Shown in pieces: positions 36,226 to 44,137 of a DNA stretch of 64,000 nucleotides; positions within the stretch are counted from its first letter, which is position 1, and each line of letters begins with the position of its first letter. Below the pieces are notes generated by a model. That model was not told where the DNA came from. It did no database searches and was given only the letters and a program-made list of their open reading frames with translations. The DNA comes from Alkalisalibacterium limincola (GTDB lineage Bacteria; Pseudomonadota; Gammaproteobacteria; Xanthomonadales; Xanthomonadaceae), in the NCBI RefSeq assembly GCF_008017755.1, contig NZ_VRTS01000007.1, positions 140,501 to 204,500 of the forward strand, in the 5' to 3' direction. The position numbers were made by a program, and so were the translations under genes.

Positions 36226-38820
36226 GTGAACAGACTCCTATTGGCTGCCCTCACAGCCACCTCCGTTTTCGTGTCCGGCGCAGCGCAGGCCTCGGACTCC
36301 GTCATCCACCTCGAAGCGCTCCATGAGCCGCACGGCACGGACACCGCGATGGACCTCGTGATCGAGGCGCCGTCGTTGTGGTTCGTCGAGTTGTCGGGCA
36401 AGCCGGTCGCCGAAGGACGTTCTCAGGCTGCTGCCCGCAACGAGCAGCAGGCCTTCCGCTCGCGGGCGCGCAACGCCGGCCTGCGCTTCACCGAGCGCTA
36501 CGCCTACGACACGCTGTTCAACGGCTTCTCCATCTCGATGTCGGCCGCGGACCTTTCCCGGCTGTCGTTGATTGAGGGCGTCCGCGCCATCTACCCGGTC
36601 GAGACCATCGCGATTCCCGATGTGCAGCCCGCCTCCAGCCCGGCCATGGCCACGGCACTGGCGATGACCGGAGCGGACATCGCACAGAATGTCCTGGGCC
36701 TGGATGGAGCCGGCATCCGCGTGGCGGTCATGGACACCGGCGTCGACATCGACCATCCCGACTTCGGCGGCAGCGGCGTGCCTGGCACGACGCCATTCCC
36801 CACGGCGCGCATCGTTGCCGGATACGACTTCGTCGGCGACGCGTTCAATGCCAATCCCAACCATCCCGGATACAACCCCATTCCTGAGCCCAACGACGTT
36901 CCCGACGACTGCAATGGCCACGGTACGCACGTGGCCGGCATCGTGGGTGCCGACGGCGAGTTGACCGGCGTGGCGCCCAAGGTCAGCCTGGGCGCGTACA
37001 GGGTTTTCGGCTGCGAAGGTTCCACCACGGCGGACATCATGCTGCTGGCGATGGAGCGCGCGCTGGCCGATGACATGGACGTGCTCAACATGAGCATCGG
37101 AGCGGCCTTCCAGTGGCCCGAGTATCCGACCGCGCGGGCGGCATCGCGGCTGGTGAACCGTGGCATGGTAGTGGTCGCCTCGATCGGCAACTCCGGGGCC
37201 ACGGGCCTGTACTCGGCCGGTGCGCCGGGTGTCGGCGACAAGGTCATCGGCGTCGCGTCCTTCGACAACACCCATGTCCAGCTCAATGTGTTCACCGTGT
37301 CGCCCGACGATGCGGCCGTGGGCCATGCCCCCGCCGCGGCGTCGCCGGCGGCGCCCACGTCGGGCACGTTGCCGATGACCCGTACCGGGACGGCCTCAAG
37401 CACCGCGGACGCCTGTGCGCCGCTGGCGGCCGGCAGCCTCGCCGGCCAGGCGGCGTTGGTGCGTCGCGGCGGCTGTACGTTCCATGAGAAGGCGTTCAAC
37501 GCACAGAGTGCCGGTGCCGCTGCGGTCGTGCTGTACAACAACACGTCTGGCCGTTTCTCCGCGACGGTGGCCGGAGCCAACCCGATCGTCGTTCCCGTCG
37601 TCGCGATCTCCGACGCCGAGGGATTGATGATCAACTCGCGTCTGGCTGGCGGTCCCGTAGAGCTGACCTGGACCGAGGAATCCGCCGCCTTCATCAATCC
37701 CACCGGTGGTTTGATCTCAAGCTTCAGTTCCTATGGTCTGGCCCCGGACCTGTCGCTCAAGCCCGACATCGGAGCCCCCGGTGGGCTGATCCATTCGACC
37801 TACCCGCTCGAGGACGGTGGTTACGCCACGATCAGCGGTACCTCGATGTCGGCGCCACACGTGGCCGGTGCGGCGGCGCTGTACCTGCAGGCAGCTCCGC
37901 AAGCCAATCCCAGGCACATGCGTTCCATTCTGCAGAACAGCGCGTCGCCGAGGAACTGGTGGGGCAACCCCGGGCTGGGCTTCCTGGACAACGTCCATCG
38001 TCAGGGCGCTGGCATGCTTCGCATCGACGACGCGGTGCTGGCGACGACGCGGGTCGAACCCTCGAAGCTGTCGCTGGGCGAGAGCCAGGCTGGGCCTGCG
38101 GTGCGTACGCTGTCGATCCGCAACCTGGGCACTGCGCCGGTCACCTACACCCTGAGCCATGTGGGAGCCTTGGCCACTGGACCCGGGACTTTCTCGCCGA
38201 GCTTCTTCCTCGGCACAGCGACGGTGTCTTTCAGCGCTTCCAGCGTCGAGGTGCCCGCCGGTGGCACGTCCCAGGTCGATGTGACGATCACCGCCAATCC
38301 CGCTCTGGCCGACGGCAGCCAGTACGGCGGCTACCTGGTGGTGAGCAGCGACACCGGGCAGGTCCGCGTGCCCTACGCCGGCTTCAAGGGTGATTACCAG
38401 GCGATCGTGGCGATGCCGCCTGTCGTCCAGGGTCTCGCCAACCCGATGCTGCGTCCGAGCTTGACGCTGGGTCCCGATGCACCGATCACGATCAATCCCG
38501 ACAACGGCGAGGTGGCTTGGATCGTGCTGCACCTCTCGCACCAGTCGCGCTTGATGCGGGTGGAAGCGCGCAGCGCATCGGGCGGCCGCAATTGGGGTCG
38601 GGTGCTCAACCTGGAGTACCTGGGGCGCAACGCGGAATCGGGCGGCTTCTCCGCCTACGGGTGGGACGGCACCACGACCCGTGGCAACAGTCGCAACGTG
38701 GTGCAGGTGCCCAACGGTGACTACGTGCTGGAGCTCAAGCTGCTCAAGGCACTGGGTGATGAGTCCAACCCCGACCATTGGGAAACCTGGACATCGCCGG
38801 TGGTGACGATCGCGCGCTGA
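36226..38820 (+). CDS. secreted subtilisin-like serine protease (S8 family) with N-terminal signal peptide and propeptide
   Basis: Signal peptide MNRLLLAALTATSVFVSGAAQA; catalytic Asp (VAVMDTGVD), His (HGTHVAG), Ser (GTSMSAPHVAG) motifs; large C-terminal beta-rich extension. Confidence 0.85.
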   Translation: MNRLLLAALTATSVFVSGAAQASDSVIHLEALHEPHGTDTAMDLVIEAPSLWFVELSGKPVAEGRSQAAARNEQQAFRSRARNAGLRFTERYAYDTLFNGFSISMSAADLSRLSLIEGVRAIYPVETIAIPDVQPASSPAMATALAMTGADIAQNVLGLDGAGIRVAVMDTGVDIDHPDFGGSGVPGTTPFPTARIVAGYDFVGDAFNANPNHPGYNPIPEPNDVPDDCNGHGTHVAGIVGADGELTGVAPKVSLGAYRVFGCEGSTTADIMLLAMERALADDMDVLNMSIGAAFQWPEYPTARAASRLVNRGMVVVASIGNSGATGLYSAGAPGVGDKVIGVASFDNTHVQLNVFTVSPDDAAVGHAPAAASPAAPTSGTLPMTRTGTASSTADACAPLAAGSLAGQAALVRRGGCTFHEKAFNAQSAGAAAVVLYNNTSGRFSATVAGANPIVVPVVAISDAEGLMINSRLAGGPVELTWTEESAAFINPTGGLISSFSSYGLAPDLSLKPDIGAPGGLIHSTYPLEDGGYATISGTSMSAPHVAGAAALYLQAAPQANPRHMRSILQNSASPRNWWGNPGLGFLDNVHRQGAGMLRIDDAVLATTRVEPSKLSLGESQAGPAVRTLSIRNLGTAPVTYTLSHVGALATGPGTFSPSFFLGTATVSFSASSVEVPAGGTSQVDVTITANPALADGSQYGGYLVVSSDTGQVRVPYAGFKGDYQAIVAMPPVVQGLANPMLRPSLTLGPDAPITINPDNGEVAWIVLHLSHQSRLMRVEARSASGGRNWGRVLNLEYLGRNAESGGFSAYGWDGTTTRGNSRNVVQVPNGDYVLELKLLKALGDESNPDHWETWTSPVVTIAR

Positions 38821-38837
38821 TTGCCGGTCGGTGCGCG

Positions 38838-38875
38838 ACGGCAGGGTCCGGTGCGACGCACCGGGCCCTGCTTTC
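38838..38875. terminator. bidirectional hairpin between convergent protease and ELM1-family genes
   Basis: 15-bp stem GCAGGGTCCGGTGCG/CGCACCGGGCCCTGC (one mismatch) followed by TTTCCTTTC. Confidence 0.5.
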
Positions 38876-38878
38876 CTT

Positions 38879-39850
38879 TCAGTCCCCAAGGGGACCCAGT
38901 TGCAGGTCTAGCCGCAGGCGGGTGGAGACGCGTTCAAGCTCGCGCAGCGGCTTGGTCTGGCCGGAGGGCGCCTGGTCCGACAAGGGTCGGACGCGCCCCA
39001 GCTCCAGCAAGTTGTCGAGGAAGACCCGCTGGCGGCCGGTGCAGCGGTCGATACCGGGCACGCAGACCGGTGCCGGGGTGGCGCAAGCCTCGGAGATCAT
39101 GTTCACGGAGTCCGGCGAGGCGACGATGACGTCGGCCCAGGCCAGCATGCCGGGGAAGGGGTTGTCGCCGTCGGCCGGTCCGCACCACCGTGCGCCCTGC
39201 CAATCGGGCCAGGCGGCACGCGCCGACTCGACCAGCCATTGCGGGGTGCGTGGCGAGCAGGCCAGCATCAGGCTGCCGCCAGCCTGTGCCCGCCAGGACT
39301 GCAGATTGTCGCGGACGATCTGCCACCAGGCCGCGTCGATCGGTGCCGCGCGCACCGGGCCACCCAGCAACACCAGCACCCTCGGACCCGGCAGCCGGCC
39401 GAGTTCGGGCCATTGCATGCGTGCATCGGCCAGCCAGGCGTCGTCGACCGGGTTCAGGCTGCCCGACAAGGTGTACACATTGGCCCCGCGCAGACGGTCG
39501 TGCGCCGGCACCACCACCGCGTCCCAGTGGCGGCTGTCGATGCGCGGGTCGAGGATCTGCACGGCGCGACTGCCGCGCTCGCGCAGCAGTCGAGTGGCCA
39601 GCGCGGCCTGGCGGCCGCAACCGATGACCAGTCGCGGTGGGCTGCGCAGCGCCTGGGTGAACTCCGTGCCCCAGGCACCATCGCTCCCGGGCAGGTGGTG
39701 CGGCGCCAGCCAGCGCCACGGGGCCCGCGTGGCCAGCGTGAACTCGCGCGCCGGGGCGTCGACCAGGGCACCGGCCAGCGCCCGCGCCTGGCGCAGGTTG
39801 CCGGCGCGACCGTCGGTGAGGATCCAGCAGTTGTCCTGGGTGGCGCTCAT
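38879..39850 (-). CDS. ELM1 / DUF1022 family protein (predicted nucleotide-sugar-dependent enzyme)
   Basis: Family-like motifs PRLVIGCGRQAA and VIVASPDSVNMISEACAT; start taken at MSATQDN (39850), upstream ATG at 39892 possible. Confidence 0.6.
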   Translation of the reverse strand: MSATQDNCWILTDGRAGNLRQARALAGALVDAPAREFTLATRAPWRWLAPHHLPGSDGAWGTEFTQALRSPPRLVIGCGRQAALATRLLRERGSRAVQILDPRIDSRHWDAVVVPAHDRLRGANVYTLSGSLNPVDDAWLADARMQWPELGRLPGPRVLVLLGGPVRAAPIDAAWWQIVRDNLQSWRAQAGGSLMLACSPRTPQWLVESARAAWPDWQGARWCGPADGDNPFPGMLAWADVIVASPDSVNMISEACATPAPVCVPGIDRCTGRQRVFLDNLLELGRVRPLSDQAPSGQTKPLRELERVSTRLRLDLQLGPLGD

Positions 39851-39894
39851 CGCGCGAGTATAGGCTTCGAGCCCTCTGCGACCACTCGTCATGC

Positions 39895-39961
39895 ATCACA
39901 TGTAATTAGTCCAAGAAGTCACATGTGATGTATTGACGCTGTCACATGTGATGTGTATCTT
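39895..39961 (+). promoter_or_regulatory. operator/promoter array: three CACATGTG-type palindromes phased 23 bp apart, overlapping TTGACG-N17-TATCTT
   Basis: CACATGTa at 39897, CACATGTG at 39920 and 39943 (latter two as TCACATGTGATGT); -35 TTGACG 39933-39938, -10 TATCTT 39956-39961, ATG at 39969 (near-leaderless). Confidence 0.4.
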
Positions 39962-39968
39962 GTGTTCC

Positions 39969-41300
39969 ATGGAACGAAAGACCTCCGCCTATTACCAGCG
40001 CCGGCATCGCGAGCGCCTTCGCGAGCAGGGGCTGGTGAAGAAGGAGTTGTGGATCCTGCCGGAGTTCGGGGATGAACTCGCGGCTGTGGAGCGACGGATG
40101 CGCCAGCCGCGAGGCACGGTGCCCATTCAACAGGAGAGTGAGATGAGCGAGCCGAAGGTCTGGACCGCCAAGGCGCTTTACGAAGCGTTGAAGGCGACCG
40201 AACAGTTCCAGGGGGGCACGGCCACGGCCGAGCTGCTGGAGGGCGCCGAGCCCAGCCTGCACCTGGTGATGCACGAGTACGGCGACCTGCCGCTGTTCCT
40301 GGCGGTGGTCGGTGAGCAGATCGTGGTCGAGTCGCTGCTGTGGCCACAGTCTCAGGTGCACGACATCGCCGCGTTCAACGACGAGCTGCTGCGCACCCAC
40401 AAGATGTTCCCGCTGTCGACGGTCGGCATCGAGGACCTCGATGGCGATGCGGTCTACATCATGTTCGGTGCGCTCGATGCGCGCTCGTCGCTGTCCAACG
40501 TCGTGTTCGAGATCGACACGCTGGCCGACAACGTCATCAAGGCCACCGAAGCCTACGAAGCCCACCTGAAGGCGCTGCCTGAGGCAGCCACGAGGAGACA
40601 GAGCATGAACATCTGGAGCAAGTTGATCACGGCGCTGCGCGGCGGGGCCAACGAGGTGGGCGAGGCGGTGGTCGATGGCCAGGCGCTGCGCATCCTCGAC
40701 CAGGAGATCCGCGACGCCGACGCCGAGCTGCGCCGGTCCAAGGAGGCGCTGGCCGAGATCATGGCCAAGCTGAAGCTGGCCGAGGTGCGCCTGGCCGAAT
40801 CCGAGAAGAAGGTCGGCGAGTACGAGGCCTACGCGATGAAGGCGCTGGACTCCGGTGACGAGAACCTGGCCCGCGAAGTGGCGGGCAAGATCGCCACGAT
40901 GGAGCAGTCGCGCGACGGCGAACGCCAGCAGGTCGAGGCGTTTACCGCCAGCGTGGCCGACCTGCGCCGCGCGGTCAGCCAGGCCGAGGGCAACATCCGC
41001 CGGCTCAAGCAGCAGGTGGACACGGTCAAGGCGACCGAGAGCGTGCAGCGCGCGCAGGCGACGGTGGCGCACCGCTACAGCGGTTCGCAGTCGAAGCTGA
41101 CCACGGCGCTGGACTCGCTGGAGCGGGTGAAGAAGAAGCAGGCCGAGCGCGGCGCGCGCATGGAGGCGGCGGCCGAGCTGGCGCGTGACGAGGGCACCGA
41201 CGCGGTCGACACCAAGCTGCGCGATGCCGGCATCCTGGCCGACGCGGCCAGCACCGAGTCGGTCCTGGACCGCCTCAAGAGCAAGCGCGCGACGGGCTGA
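39969..41300 (+). CDS. single stop-free ORF containing three modules: DUF3018-like RHH basic domain, YjfI-like DUF2170 domain, PspA/IM30 (YjfJ-like) coiled-coil domain
   Basis: MERKTSAYYQRRHRERLREQGLVKKELWILPEF (DUF3018-like); MSEPKVW...FLAVVGEQIVVESLLWP...MFGALDARSSL (YjfI-like); MNIWSKLITALRGG...ILDQEIRDADAELRRSKEALAEIMAKLK... (PspA-like); internal AGGAG-ATG signals before the second and third modules but no stop codons. Confidence 0.7.
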   Translation: MERKTSAYYQRRHRERLREQGLVKKELWILPEFGDELAAVERRMRQPRGTVPIQQESEMSEPKVWTAKALYEALKATEQFQGGTATAELLEGAEPSLHLVMHEYGDLPLFLAVVGEQIVVESLLWPQSQVHDIAAFNDELLRTHKMFPLSTVGIEDLDGDAVYIMFGALDARSSLSNVVFEIDTLADNVIKATEAYEAHLKALPEAATRRQSMNIWSKLITALRGGANEVGEAVVDGQALRILDQEIRDADAELRRSKEALAEIMAKLKLAEVRLAESEKKVGEYEAYAMKALDSGDENLAREVAGKIATMEQSRDGERQQVEAFTASVADLRRAVSQAEGNIRRLKQQVDTVKATESVQRAQATVAHRYSGSQSKLTTALDSLERVKKKQAERGARMEAAAELARDEGTDAVDTKLRDAGILADAASTESVLDRLKSKRATG

Positions 41301-41386
41301 GCCTGTCGCGAGGGGGGTGGTCCGGCAGGGGTGCCGGGCCGCCGGGGAGGAACGGGCGCAAGCCCGTCGGCTGAGGGGAGGTCGCC

Positions 41387-42025
41387 ATGGAAGAGTTCCT
41401 GCGCATCGCGCTGTCGTTCCCGACACTGGTGTTCAGCATCCTGCTGGCGGTGTCGGTGGCGTACTGGGCGCTTGCCGCCACTGGAATGCTGCACATCGAT
41501 GCACTGGACGGGTGGGTGGCGCCGGACATCGATGGCATCGAAGTGGACGGCCTGGCCGGCCTGCTGATGCGTTTCGGGCTCGGCGGCCTGCCGCTGATGC
41601 TGATCCTGACCGTGCTGTTCTTCGTGGCGTGGCTGCTGACCTATTTCGCCGACTACCTGCTGCTCAGGCACATGGACATCCCGGTGCTGAGCTGGCTGCT
41701 GGGCCTGGCGGTCATGCTGGGCGCGCTGGTCGCCGGCGTCGTGGTGACCAGCGTGGTGCTGCGGCCTTTGCGGGGGCTGATGGCACGGCTGGCGCCACCG
41801 GCGATGCGTTCGGTGATCGGCCAGCTGGCAGTGGTGCGCACCCCCACGGTGAGCGCAACACACGGCCAGGTCAGCGTCGAGGATGGCGGCGCCGGTCTCA
41901 TCCTGAATGTGCGTTGCGACCAGGGCCGGGACTTCCAGCGCGGCGACCGGGTCGTGTTGATCGAATACCTGGAGGCGGAAAACGCCTACCGGGTCATGGC
42001 TGAAGACGAATTCCACGGGCGTTGA
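41387..42025 (+). CDS. NfeD/YqiJ-like membrane protein with C-terminal OB/beta-barrel domain
   Basis: Several TM helices then ...TVSATHGQVSVEDGGAGLILNVRCDQGRDFQRGDRVVLIEYLEAENAYRV; positioned directly upstream of flotillin as in yqiJK/nfeD-floT pairs. Confidence 0.6.
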   Translation: MEEFLRIALSFPTLVFSILLAVSVAYWALAATGMLHIDALDGWVAPDIDGIEVDGLAGLLMRFGLGGLPLMLILTVLFFVAWLLTYFADYLLLRHMDIPVLSWLLGLAVMLGALVAGVVVTSVVLRPLRGLMARLAPPAMRSVIGQLAVVRTPTVSATHGQVSVEDGGAGLILNVRCDQGRDFQRGDRVVLIEYLEAENAYRVMAEDEFHGR

Positions 42026-42067
42026 GCGCGCGCGGACTGAACACGTGTTTCATACGGAGATGGAAAG

Positions 42068-43996
42068 ATGAATTTCGACCTCGCGCTGCTGCTGCCCTTC
42101 CTGATCGGGTTTGTCGTACTGGTCATCCTGGTCATGGGCCTGTTCGGCCTGTTCAAGGCCTTCTACATCAAGGTGCCCCAGGGCACCGCGCTGATCGTGA
42201 ACGACCTGTCGCCGCAACCCAAGGTGCACTTCACCGGTGCCCTGGTCTACCCGGTGATCTACAAGAAGGAGTTCATGAAGATCTCGCTGATCACCCTCGA
42301 GGTGGACCGGCGGGGCAAGGACGGATTGATCTGCCGCGACAACATGCGCGCCGACATCACCGTCGCCTTCTACCTGCGCGTCAATGAGACCGCGCAGGAC
42401 GTGCTGAAGGTGGCCAAGGCCATCGGCGTGGACCGGGCCTCGGAGAAGGGCGCGGTCAACGAGCTGTTCAACGCCAAGTTCTCCGAGGCGCTCAAGACCG
42501 TCGGCAAGCAGATCGACTTCGTGAAGCTGTTCGAGAACCGCCAGGAGTTCCGCGACTCGATCGTCGAGGTGATCGGCAACGACCTCAACGGCTACGTGCT
42601 CGAGGACGTCGCGATCGACTACATCGAGCAGACCCCGCGCAGCTCGCTGGATCCGTCCAACATCCTCGACGCCGAGGGCATCCGCAAGATCACCGAGCTC
42701 ACCGCGGCGCAGAACGTAATCACCAACGAGCTCGAGCGCAACGAAGAGCTGGCGATCACCAAGAAGAACGTCGAGACGCGAGAGGCGATGCTGGCGCTGG
42801 AGCGGCAGCAGGCCGATGCCGAGGCGCGGCAGAAGCGCGAGATCCAGACGATCAAGGCCCGCGAGGAGGCCGAGACGGAGAAGGTGCGCGAGGAGGAGCG
42901 CCTGAAGGCCGAGAACGCGCGCATCCAGACCCAGGAGCAGATCGACATCCGCGAGGAGAACCGCCAGCGCGAGGTCGAGGTGGCGCAGCAGAACCGCCAG
43001 CGCGCGGTGGTCATCGAGGTCGAGAAGGTGACCCGCGCCCGCGACCTGGAAGTCGTCTCGCGCGAGCGTGAGGTCGAGCTGCAGCGCATCGAGAAGGAAA
43101 AGGCGATCGAGGAGCAGCGCAAGGAGATCGCCAACGTGATCCGCGAGCGCATCGTGGTCGAGAAGTCGGTGGCGCAGGAGGAGGAGCGCATCAAGGAGGT
43201 GCGCGAGGTCTCCGAGGCCGACCGCCTCAAGCAGGTGGCGATCCTCAATGCCGAGGCCCAGGCCGAGGAGGAACTGGTGCGCCAGGTCAAGCAGGCCGAG
43301 GCCGAGGAGACCGCCTCGAAGCACAAGGCGGTCGAGATCACCACGATCGCGCAGGCCGAGCTGGAGGCCGCCGGCAAGAAGGCCGAGTCGCAGAAGAAGC
43401 TGGCCGAGGGCATCGAGGCCGAGCGCGCCGCGCCGGGCCTGGCCGACGCACGGGTGCGCGAGATCACCGCCGCGGCACTGGAGAAGGAAGGCCTGGCCGA
43501 GGCGCGCGTGATCGCCGAGAAGATGGGCGCCGAGGCCAAGGGCGAGTCCTCGCTGGCCGAGGCCCGTGCCAAGGCGACGCGCGACGTCGGCCTGGCCGAG
43601 GCCGAGGTGCTGCGCGAGCGCTTCCGCTCCGAGGCCGAGGGACTCACCGAGAAGTTCGGCGCCCTCGAGCAGCTGGGCGACAGCGCACGCAGCCACGAGG
43701 AGTTCCGCATGCAGCTGGAGAAGAACTTCGAGCAGGCCATGGCGTCGATCGAGGCCGGCAAGGACATCGCCCGCGAGCAGGCCGAGGTGCTGTCGGCGGC
43801 GCTGTCGAAGGCCAAGATCGACATCGTCGGCGGCGAGGGCGAGTTCTTCAATTCCTTCGCCAAGGCGCTGTCGGTCGGCAAGGCCATCGAAGGCGTGGCC
43901 GGCAAGAGCCCGGTCGTGCAGGACATGCTCAAGCGGCTGATGCCGCAGATGGGTTCTTCCGCCGAGGGCGAGGCCAAGCCACCGGCCGACGCCTGA
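42068..43996 (+). CDS. flotillin (SPFH/Band-7 family, YqiK-like)
   Basis: N-terminal TM anchor, SPFH domain, very long Glu/Ala/Arg/Lys-rich coiled-coil; 642 aa. Confidence 0.85.
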   Translation: MNFDLALLLPFLIGFVVLVILVMGLFGLFKAFYIKVPQGTALIVNDLSPQPKVHFTGALVYPVIYKKEFMKISLITLEVDRRGKDGLICRDNMRADITVAFYLRVNETAQDVLKVAKAIGVDRASEKGAVNELFNAKFSEALKTVGKQIDFVKLFENRQEFRDSIVEVIGNDLNGYVLEDVAIDYIEQTPRSSLDPSNILDAEGIRKITELTAAQNVITNELERNEELAITKKNVETREAMLALERQQADAEARQKREIQTIKAREEAETEKVREEERLKAENARIQTQEQIDIREENRQREVEVAQQNRQRAVVIEVEKVTRARDLEVVSREREVELQRIEKEKAIEEQRKEIANVIRERIVVEKSVAQEEERIKEVREVSEADRLKQVAILNAEAQAEEELVRQVKQAEAEETASKHKAVEITTIAQAELEAAGKKAESQKKLAEGIEAERAAPGLADARVREITAAALEKEGLAEARVIAEKMGAEAKGESSLAEARAKATRDVGLAEAEVLRERFRSEAEGLTEKFGALEQLGDSARSHEEFRMQLEKNFEQAMASIEAGKDIAREQAEVLSAALSKAKIDIVGGEGEFFNSFAKALSVGKAIEGVAGKSPVVQDMLKRLMPQMGSSAEGEAKPPADA

Positions 43997-44137
43997 GCCC
44001 GGCCACCCCCCGGCCGAGCCTGGCCGGGGGTGGGACGATACGCCGGGTGAGCCCGGCACACCATGGATGCAGGTCGCGCGGCGGAAGCTTCCGTCGCCGT
44101 GGCCGGATCGGCCCGGCACCGGGCAGGACGGAGAGGC

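Noticed and set aside
39933-39968. ORF-track start MTLSHVMCILCS upstream of MERKTS
   Set aside because: The ATG at 39933 lies inside the CACATGTG operator/promoter array. The first sensible residues and the -10 position favour the ATG at 39969.
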